Shown: piece after piece, positions 25,863 to 36,618 of the stretch
Numbering within the stretch: position 1 is the first letter of the stretch
How the letters are laid out: the number at the start of each line of letters is the position of its first letter
Assembly (NCBI GenBank): GCA_012295275.1
Contig: CM022665.1
Coordinates: 24,614,001 to 24,678,000, forward strand
Length of the DNA stretch: 64,000 nt
Direction: 5' to 3'
Origin: Chrysomallon squamiferum
Lineage: Eukaryota > Animalia > Mollusca
Translations under genes and position numbers: made by a program
Notes under the pieces: model-generated
What the model was told of the DNA's origin: nothing
Database searches by the model: none
What the model saw: the letters and a program-made list of their open reading frames with translations, nothing else

Positions 25863-28800
25863 AGTGGTGAAAATTATAGAAATGATAATGGTGATGATGA
25901 CAGTGATTCAGAAAAAGTATTTTCCTTGTGACAGAAGAGGAAACCAGAATGAACATAACAGATACTTCATCATCTTCTAATTCCTTAACAGACATTAACT
26001 AAATTGAAAAACTATTACCTGTTTGTAATTTTTACAAACAAAATTTTATATTGTTAAACACACACTTGGAGGATTATTTTGTTTCTTGTTATGGCATAAA
26101 TTAAATGCCAGGGTTTGTTTTTCTTAATTTGAATTTTATTTTTATTTTTAACATCCTGTTATCATATATATCTATTTTTTTAAATTCAAATTTCATATAT
26201 TTATATCTTGTCATATTCTGCTGAATAAAAATGTAATTGCCAAAATATCAAGCTTTATTTAGACTTTTAGACTTGCATCAAATATGGATACATTTTATAA
26301 CATGCATTTTCCATTCATGTTTGTGATAAACTCTGATAATCACAAAACAAGAATATAAATATTAGAATAATTTGAGATACATATCTCAAAACACAACATG
26401 TTTGATGTATATTAGATGCTCAAGGAATGATATAAAAATCTTTAATAAAAAATAAATAAATAAAATCACTAAAAATAATATGTGTTTCGATGTTAATGAA
26501 ATTTCCATTGTTTTGAAAATAAAAAATTTTATATTTAAAAGTGAAATAAAATATAGAATTTCTGTTTATATTTTTCACATTGCTGTTACTGAGTATTTAT
26601 TTTGTGATTTTTGTAATATTGATAATCTTTTATGAAGCACATATATAATTTAATGTTTAAAATGTTTTAATAATTATTGTTGAAATAAACTTTGTACTTT
26701 TATTATTATTATTATTATTTTTTTTTTTTACAACAGTCATTATTTTAACTAACCATTAATATAGGAAGTTATTTTAGAGAAATCTTATCTATTAAATATC
26801 AAATAAATATATTAAATTAAGTAAAACGGCCACAGTTAAAAACGATGCAAACATATGACGTCAGATTAAAAAGGAAAACGTTTTAATATGTTTTATAATT
26901 TCCAAATTGTGAAATGAAAATGTTAAAACAAATACAACGTTAAAATTAATACATAAAATATTACATGTACCGAAAATGAAAACCTTGCAAAAATTATAGT
27001 CTAAATATTAAATGTTTGGCAATGTAATTAAAAATATATATATTTCTAGTATATAGTATACCACGGAACAATGGCATTAAAGAAAACACATAAATAATGA
27101 TGCTTTTATAAATGGCTGAAAAAGCGACAAATTGCGCAAAAGAATTTTTGTTTGGCAACTTCATTGATTTATAGACATGAAATAAGTGATCCTCAGGAAA
27201 ACATATACAACGATATTTATACCAGAATTAACCCTGGCCATGTTGCTGGTTGAAAAAAACAAAAACAACAAAAAACAACTGAATAAAATAAAATAAAATA
27301 AAATTGATGTCTACATTAAAATTATAAATATTTACAAATTGTTTTGGACCTATCCCCTTTATCTAAAAAGCACAGTACGATGGTAACATGAAACAACTGG
27401 TATCGGACAAAAAACTAAAATTACCTGAAATCAGTCTCTGACATTGTCGAAATTTGTTCTGTGTACTTGCTCTCAAAATTTTACTAAAAACTTCATGGAC
27501 GTTTAGAAAACAAATACAATACAACATAACCTATAGAGTGCTGATAACGTTTCACCGCAGATCGTGAAAACTAATCAACGCATTTACTGGAACGTCATTT
27601 GCAATGGTTAAAAGAGCAACAGTCATAAACCGACTTATAATGGTACCCGAAATGTAATAGATGTTACCCCCACTAGATTTCTTTTTAAAATGTGTTACAT
27701 AAAAAAGGTATACCAATTAACTGAGAGTATCTACCAAATCTGAATAATGTTTCAGAACATTTTTTTTTTTTTTTTTTTTTTTAAAGCTATTGTTTATACC
27801 GATTTCTTTATACACATCTCCAGAAGTGCAGTGATAAAATAGCAGCATTCATATATTCTGTAACAATATTATTTTATTGTCACACCTTGTTTTGAGCTAT
27901 CACAGGTCGCCGAAAGTAATAAAATAACATTTGGGAAGGATTTTAAAAAAAAAAGTTTTAAAGACTGTTCATTTGTACCATCACAGGTAACACATTTATT
28001 TTCAGTTTAATCGTCTGTTCTTTCTTACAAATTCCAGCAACCTATTTGATGAAACACAACAGATAAAAAAAAAAATAATAATAATAATAAATAAAAAATA
28101 ATAATAATAATTAAATAAATAAATAAATAAATAAAAACGTTATTTTCCTTCTTGTTTCCGCCGGCCTAACGACAATGAAATTTTATTTGCCTGATAACAA
28201 ATCCAGTACGACAAATGAATGTTGTAATCTTTAAAGTTTTACAACAATTATCTTTATCGTTATTACAGGTCTTACGTGATAAATCGTGTGCAACTAATTG
28301 TCTAGTGAGAATGTGCCTATAGGCATTGTTTATGATTAGTGCCACATGTGTTTGGTTGTTGTTTGTTTATTGTTTTTTTACTTATTATTTGTGTTGCTGT
28401 TCTTGTTGGTGTTGTTAAGTTGTTTGTTTGTTTGTCGTTGTTGCAGTTTTTTGTTGTTGTTTTTTTGTGGGATTTTTTTTTTCTACATTTTAAAGTTTTC
28501 CATGCTAACAAAAGATGAGTTAAGATGTGAAATAAATTTATTTTATAGTATATTGTATTGCAAACTTAAATGGAGTAAACCAAGATAAATTAACTGAAAT
28601 AATAAATAAATAAATAAATAAATAAATAAAAACAATATAAAAAATAAAACTAATAAAAATGAAGCACATCAAGGTCTTCAAATCCGTTTACCTTCCATAT
28701 TTCATATCCGTTTTTTGCTTTAACCCACCTCCCATCCATGTCCCCTCACGTGACATACAATGCACGGATCACTGGAAGTTTTAGAAAGCCACGGACATAA

Positions 28801-29179
28801 TTGTGTTGTATGACTTTCCATGTTTTGGATGTTTACGTTATCTGTTGCAACTTTTCGTTAAGTATTTTAGTCATTTTAACAAAGGTATTAACTATATATT
28901 ATATTTTGTAACTACCATAAATACTTTATGTGTGGGTTAAAATGCATGCGTCAAAAAGAATAATAGGAAAGTTTTTTTTTTTCTTTTAATATTATTATAA
29001 ATATTAAAGTTTTAATTGCTCTGAGTATCACAATCATGTGTTGATTTGACATTAAAAAACGAAAAGGAAATGTCAATAAATTAGTATATATTCTTTTTCA
29101 GAAAGCATATGACTGGAAATACCTGTATTTTCAGCATAAAAATCAGTACACCGGTTGAACTCGATACTTAAAACAATAA

Positions 29180-30190
29180 ATGGATCAACGCTTTGATAAT
29201 TATGGTTATCCTAGCCCTCAGCATTTTCATCCTGAATTTTTGAGGTTTCGAGCATTTGATCCACCGACATGTGGATCACGTTTGCCTTTTGGGAACCCTA
29301 CATATTTTGGATGCGAAAGATATGATTTTCCAACACAAGGTCCATTTTTTCCTAATCTCAATGTAGGGCCTGGGCCATGTCGATTCGAACGACCATTTCC
29401 ACCAGTGTGTAACCAGTTTTCACCACCACTGAAAAGATCGGATTATTGGAATTTTCCTTATCCTCAGTTAGACCCACCAATAATTCCTTTAAACAGGCGT
29501 AAATTTCCTACTGTCCGACAACGATATAATAGTAAGTTATACAAGTCGTACTATTTTTATTCTTTTATTTTCCCTTTAAAGATAAACACTAAAGTATTGT
29601 TTCATTATTTAAAACTTAAAGATTAATTTATATGAACTATGCCAAATGTGGGTGCATGTGTTAATAACCAATTTCGCTACATTATGTGCTTGATACGACT
29701 TAATATTTTCTTTATTATGGCGAAAACAATTATCTACATTTTTGTGTATTTAAACAACCAAAAAATGTGCTCGTGACTAGTCTTTGCTGATAATAAAGTT
29801 CGTTTCATTGCATGATGATATCAGATCTTGCAGAAAATGTTTTTAAAAACAAAATTTTGAGGTAGGGTATTAGATGCATCGTTTTGTATTCATAATAGGA
29901 AGGCCTCAAATAAATTTTGATGAATTAGTTTCATTCGTCAATAGATTATTGCATTTTCAGTACCAAAACAGACGTCAGTTCCCGTTTCTTTTAGGATGAG
30001 ATCTCGGTATCATTGTAACACACAAACAAGAATACATAACCGGTTTAGATCCTGTGTAAAAAGACTTGGTGTACGTATATAGCTGGAAATGTATTAAAAT
30101 CAAAATTAATGCATTGCCACCGTTTTATATACAGAAACAGTAATATTTTATAATGTCATTATTAATTTTTTAAATTAAAAAATTGAAACG

Positions 30191-30226
<36 letters not shown>

Positions 30227-31061
30227 GCTACTCTAATTAAAAGCATTTAAGAAAGAAAGGGACGAAAATATAATACTTTAAAACAAATTCTGTAAATAAA
30301 GAAGTATATTTCAGTTTTACTTTGTCCCTAACCTGATTTTTTTTATTCAGAAAATTAAAAATATTCTCCAGATGTTTGAATGTTTCCATGATTAATTTTG
30401 ATATAGTTTTCTTTCGTTCTTGAATATAAATCATGTTCTTATTGTCGTATTTTGCATCCTCTTTATATTCAGTTGCTGGATAGGGAAATTACACATTTCA
30501 AAATAATTAAACACTTGCATTTTTTGTTTAATTTTTGCTAGTTTTTTTAACAATATTTCTGTCTAATACGAAGCGTATTTATCTTTACATGTACACATAT
30601 ACACAAACACTATACTTAGAATACGCATATCCATACAAAAAAGAATATTAAAAGTAAACTTTCTTGAAATGATTATATACTTTATTATTATTATTAATTT
30701 TCAGAACCCCCCAAGGCAAACACTTTCCAAACAAATACTTTTAATTCCTCCAGCTCGCGACGTTAAAGGTAACTGCCCCCCTTACCCGGTGGTGGAGCTG
30801 AATGCAGCACGGAAAAAACTAATAGATGAACTGTACTCGAGCTGTGGGGGAATTCGATTATCGAAGGTTAGACAAGCTGTAGGAGTGGTTACTGATTTTC
30901 CCATAGAAAACGAAAATAAATACAACATGTCCTATGACCAGCAAGCTTCTTTCCTGATGACTGTTCCTTTGCCATCTCCGCCTAAAGATGATTCAAATAC
31001 TGACGTTAAAGATAAACGCTTTGGGACGGACCGTTGTAAGAATTCTGAGTCTAAAAAGTGA
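29180..31061 (+). CDS. Gene B: uncharacterised ~272-aa protein, Pro/aromatic-rich N-terminus plus 'PYPV' domain
   Basis: Exons 29180-29531 (donor GTAAGT, phase 1), 29961-30070 (open frame, donor GTACGT, restores phase 0) and 30705-31061. Domain PPARDVKGNCPPYPVVELNAARKKLIDELY...VRQAVG. AATAAA at ~31183. Confidence 0.75.
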
Positions 31062-33114
31062 TTTTTAAAGACAGTTGTTGTTGATTTATTAAAGAATCGT
31101 GTGCACTTTTTTGTGCAGTTAATATTTAAAATAGAATGGATATCATTTTAAATCGCTTTCAGCATTAAGAATTAATTTTAATAATAAAAGAACAGCAGCA
31201 ATAAAAGGAATAAAATGTTACAGAATTTTTTTTTTTTTTTTAACAAAATTAAAAATAATAAAATAAAATAAATAATTAAATACGTATTACAAAAATGGTT
31301 GCATTAATAAAAATAATAATAAAAGAATACTTAAAAAATAGCTTTTTTGATATATGTTTAAATGTCCTAAATATATCTTACATATTATTTTGTTTGATGG
31401 GACGATATTTATTAACTATAGATTCGATCGTGAGTGTGCATGGAAACTGACATTTTTCTTCTTTTCCTGGCGCTGTTTCATTTTATTTAAAAGAAACAAC
31501 ACCGATTACAGTTTAAAACAGTTTCGTATTATTTAGTCTTCCCTAAAATAAAGTATCACTGCATCAAAATAAATAAATAAATAAATAATTCATCAAAATC
31601 ATCAATTTAATTAATAAAATAACAAAAATAAAAACAAAGCAAAGAATTTCCCCAAAACACTAAGCTGTATACCTTAATAATTTGATATAAACCGTTCTGT
31701 TGCAATTGTGATAATAAAAGACAGACGATAAATATTTGGCCCTGAAAACCGTAAAAATTGAAATGATAGTAAGATAATTTTATTTTTCGACAGAATTATG
31801 ACTTGATGTTGAGGAAAAAAACGGTAGCTGATTTCCTCGTTATCTCTGTGGTCTTTAACTAATAAAATTGTATTTTTAAATCCTTCATTAACAAAAACAG
31901 TTCCTCCTTTGGTGTTAGGGAATTGAAAGGAACGGGCCATAATCCTGATTTATAATATCAACAATCAAATTTTATAATTTACAAAAGTATACAAAATTAT
32001 TTTCTTAATTTTTATATGCAGAAATAACTTAATAAATCATTTTATGCCGTTTAATTTAGAGTTTCCTAGAGGACATTAAAATTACGGATAATTATATATA
32101 AAAATTAGTTATGATGCTGAACTGCTGAATAGTTAACAGCTAGGTCCATATTTAACAAATATTTCTGTAATTGTGTTAGAACTAATTAAAAGGGCTAATC
32201 AGTAATAAAATACACCGCCAATGTCAGTAATTATAATAAAACGTTGGTATTAGTCACAGAATAACTTGGCTGTTAATTTTTTCTTGCACATTAAACAGAA
32301 AAGAAAGGCCAAATATATGATGACCCTGCCATTGCAGAAGCTTCGATCAATGACGCGTTGCTCTGACACACCTAATCTTTTATATAAAGAATTCGTTGAC
32401 ATAGCAGTGTTTAAGCACTGCACTGCGATCTAAAGAAATGTAAACGAAACATGGAAATCGCACATTCTCAAACACCGTATTCTTTCACCATTAAGATTTA
32501 TAAGTAAATTAAAAGTCTTATTTTCGTAACAAAGTATATCATAGTATGGCATAAAATATAATATTTGAATGCCGTCATTTTACCATTCCATATCCAGTCA
32601 TTAAGTCACTGCGTACATTGCTAACTATATAACTGTGTGTGGGTTTTTTTCGTGGTTTTTTTTTTTTGTTTGTTTGTTTTTCTCGTTTTTATCTATTTCT
32701 TCGTATCACCAAAGTTACACTTTTAGGTGCAAGTAACAGATTCTTTGTTGCTACGGTGAACAAAAGAATCCCATGATTGTCAAGAAAATTAATACTATTA
32801 ATAATAGTCTGTATTTTACTGTAAGATAACACTACAGTTATTCGTTTCTTACTTTAATAAATAGGAAAGCTTTTGCAAACAATGCGACACTACTTCATTA
32901 TTTTTAAATTATGACTCTTGTTTCTTTAGTTTAAAACCTATCTAATAAAATATCCATTTGATTTTTTTCATACTGTTTCAATTTTATATGCACAATGTCA
33001 TACGTAGTGAAAAATATTGTAATTTTGTTCAGTTCCGGAGGAAGTAAAACCTGGAACATGAAGAAAAGATCACTTTTTTATTTGATCATTATTGAGAAAA
33101 CTTATTAAAGTCTA

Positions 33115-33152
<38 letters not shown>

Positions 33153-34929
33153 TATTTATATCGCATTATAAAATATTAAACAGTACTGGTATTTGATGTA
33201 ATGGAAGAATGTACGAAAATAAGAAAAACTAAGCATAGACCATTCAAATGCAACCGTTCCGCTTTCTTTGCGGTATAAACGAGGTAGTTAATTAAACGTT
33301 AAAGAACAGTCAACAGAGCATTGGAACACGTTGGTAAATGTTATGTATCGGGACGGGTGTAAGAATTCGGATTTTTTTTTAAAATGAATTAACCAGTAAG
33401 TTTCATATTAGTGCAGTACATCTACCTCAGTTGTTGTTGTTGGGTGTGTGTTTTTTTTCATCCTATAAATTGTAGTACAGAACTATATAACTATCATCTG
33501 TCAATAATTGGAATAATTCAATAAACTTTTTAAAAATTAATTATTTTTATTTCAAATTTTTATAATATGGGTTTTAACGTACCTTGACCAATCTTAGAAT
33601 CTCACAATCCATGAAGTGGTTTCTCGAATCACATAGTAATCGGGTAACTGAACTTCAGTGAATACTTGCATGGCAGAAAACATGCATAACTATGTACATT
33701 TTAGGGGACAGGCGATGCTGCATTCAACTTCAAGTGAAGAGCTGTGAATATTGCAGCAAACACGAATACAACGGATACTATTCCATCGTTGTCATGGAGG
33801 CTATAGTCTAAATGGCAGCTGATTTAATTTATAATCATGCTGTTTAACACACAGGAGCGGTTTAAAACGTTGATTTTTATTTATTTACCATATTGTTATT
33901 TTTATTTTTAAATGTAACAATACACAGCAATCTTTAATTATAAATGATTAAAGCATGAATTTTATCAACAAAATGTTATTAATTTTATGATCCACATGGT
34001 ATAAACTGCTTGAATTATTACTAAAAATATAACTGTATTTACTTTAGATTCAACAGATGACTGCAGGAACATTGCTAGTTTTGCCAGTTGCAGAATGATT
34101 ACAAAAAACAAGTAGGGGTCCAAGTATGAATGTTAATAATCTAGTATGTATATTTCAATTAATTTTGCATATAAAGAAATATATTGTTTATTTCAGTCTT
34201 TTTATTGATTAAGTGGCATCTTACAGAAAGTGTATCTTTAATTATTTTTTGTAGTTTTATAAATTTCTCTGTGACTATAGGAAAGCAGGCTGTATTATTG
34301 TTATACTACTTTAGATCCATTTATTCCTAACTATTAGGAATAGTTATTCACAGTCCAGGAGAAACATTCAGTATTGTTACTAATTCAGTAAGGAAGAAAA
34401 TTAAAATGTTAGGTGTGAAAAACCATTTCTAAATTAACTCTTTAGTGTTCTTTTGAACATGAGAAAAAATAGCATAAATACATTGTTTATTCTTCCAAGT
34501 TATGTTCTTGGTTTCTGTAATAGTCTTAATGAAATATAACAATAAAAGGGTAAAGTTAAAGATACAAGACTGAGAAAGCCGCCAAGTTTATGTGCAGGGC
34601 AGATCTGTTTGCTGTAAAGGTTTTTCGAACAGTAGAAAAATACAGCTGTCAGTCTGCCATGTATGGGATGAAGTCACTACTCCAGCAGTAATGATGACAT
34701 CTGAATTTTTGTTTTTAGTGTTAAGAATGTCCTAAAGTACAGTGTATAAAGAATCATATTGCTGTAGATACTTTAAAAAAAAGAAAAAAAGGTTACATTT
34801 CATTATTGTAATCATAAGTGTTATTCTGCATTAATATATTGGTCTTTCATCCCCAAAGCAAAATTTTTGTAACTGCTAAAACCTGTATATATATATATAT
34901 ATATATTTTTTTTTTTTAAGAATCTAAGA

Positions 34930-36087
34930 ATGAGGCCTCCTCCATCTCGAGACGTTGATGGATCTTTTTCACCATATCCTGTGCAGGACTTAAAGATGGC
35001 AAGGAATATACTAATTAATGAATTATATTTTTCACCTGGAGGAGGCAGAACTGTTCATCGTGTTAGAGAAGTGACAGGAATTTTGCCAAACAGACATGGC
35101 ATATACATCGGGAATCAAATGTTTCCAGATGTTTCAAATTACAGTGACCAGTCTACATCATTAATTTCTATGTCCGTTCCCAGTAACAACTTGGCATTGG
35201 AAAATAATCATGCTTCTAGTCCCAAAACCTCAGATTTTAAGGGATTTCAGGGTGATGTACAAACTGACACACACAGGTTTTTAAAGAAAACAAGAAAGAT
35301 ATCTAAATCAGTTGAAGGAATGGATAAAAGCGAAGCAAATAATACTCTAAGTCACGATGTTGTGGAATATGAAACTAATCAAAACATTCCAATAACTGTT
35401 AAAGCTTACAAATGTGATTTCTGCAATTATATTTCTAAAAATCAAATAGCTGTTAAAGATCATTTAATTAACAAGCTTCATTATTCAGCCAGCACCTATG
35501 ACTGTCTATTAACCAAAGATAAACTAAAACCATGCTCTGTTTGTAGAGAGATGTCTCTTGTTAATGAAGCAGCCTCTTTTTCATCAGTCATTGCTGTGTG
35601 TTCTTATTGCCTAAGCATCTTTAAAAACATTCATTCATGTGCTAGACACAGCACCAAAGTACATGGAAAAGGTATTTACTCCTTGGCTGATGTAAGAAAA
35701 ACTCAGAAGATAACTGTCACAAAATACGATAATTGTGCAGTGTGCAAAAGTTGTTCAACACCAAAACAAATGGTTACTCATCTGAAACAACATGATATGC
35801 AGTACCATTCATATGAACATCCTCACTCAACCGATATTGTGTTATGCATTTGCCCCAAGTGTAGATTTACAACATGCAGTATTACCAGATGTAGAATTCA
35901 CATTCTGTCACATCTTATATGTTTGGAAAATAAAACAATGGAATTTAGACTCTTGTTTATTGAAAAGCCATCTTCTGAATATCAATTACTACTATCCAAA
36001 AACTACAAAAAGTCTAAAGTGAGGAAAAGAAGAAAAAAGGCTAAACAACCCCCCCACCAAAAGAAATTAAAAACTGTTAAACATTAG
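34930..36087 (+). CDS. Gene C: 385-aa protein, 'PYPV' domain plus ~4 dispersed C2H2-type zinc fingers and a basic NLS-like tail
   Basis: Uninterrupted ORF after the acceptor at 34920. Domain PPSRDVDGSFSPYPVQDLKMARNILINELY...VREVTG. Fingers CDFC...HLINKLH, CSYC...HSTKVH, CAVC...HLKQH, CPKC...HILSH. Tail KKSKVRKRRKK. AATAAA at ~36105. Confidence 0.85.
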   Translation: MRPPPSRDVDGSFSPYPVQDLKMARNILINELYFSPGGGRTVHRVREVTGILPNRHGIYIGNQMFPDVSNYSDQSTSLISMSVPSNNLALENNHASSPKTSDFKGFQGDVQTDTHRFLKKTRKISKSVEGMDKSEANNTLSHDVVEYETNQNIPITVKAYKCDFCNYISKNQIAVKDHLINKLHYSASTYDCLLTKDKLKPCSVCREMSLVNEAASFSSVIAVCSYCLSIFKNIHSCARHSTKVHGKGIYSLADVRKTQKITVTKYDNCAVCKSCSTPKQMVTHLKQHDMQYHSYEHPHSTDIVLCICPKCRFTTCSITRCRIHILSHLICLENKTMEFRLLFIEKPSSEYQLLLSKNYKKSKVRKRRKKAKQPPHQKKLKTVKH

Positions 36088-36618
36088 AATTAAACGATTT
36101 GTGGAATAAAAAGTTATTCTTTATCAGTTCTTGTTTGTTATTATTACCTACAAATCTTGAATTTAAGAAAATAATTTTATTGATTCATATACTTTTATGT
36201 TGCTGCCATAATGGTTGGTATACTAAACATGATTTAACATTATTAACTGTTTGTGATTTCCAGATAGACCTCAAGCTGGTTCAGACAATCAGCATAATTC
36301 TGTGACTTTCTGAGCCTAATTTATAATTTGGGACATGTATATTAATATACTATCATTGAAATACAAAATGAAAAATTACATTTTTACTTGTTGGAAGATG
36401 TTTCCACTGGATGCAATGTCGGTCTCTATCCATTTAACTGAAGGATGTAAGTTTGAACTGTATAAAATGTAATACTTTAACAAAAATGATTAAATGCAGA
36501 GAACAAAAACAGTTATGTTCAAGAATTAAAGCAAGAAAGAAAAACCCCCAGTAATTTATCATTTTAATGATTCATGATAATTAATCCATTTCTGGAAAAT
36601 TTTGGGGCATTTGCCTGA

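Noticed and set aside
25863-26001. Coding-like acidic stretch after gene A's stop (NDNGDDDSDSEK)
   Set aside because: It needs a frameshift and has no independent support; treated as 3' UTR.
27100-27700. GC-richer segment that might be exons or a transposase
   Set aside because: Stops in all frames and no motif I can recognise.
34930-36087. Naming gene C as ZNF451
   Set aside because: Only generic similarity from dispersed C2H2 fingers; no recognisable diagnostic segments.
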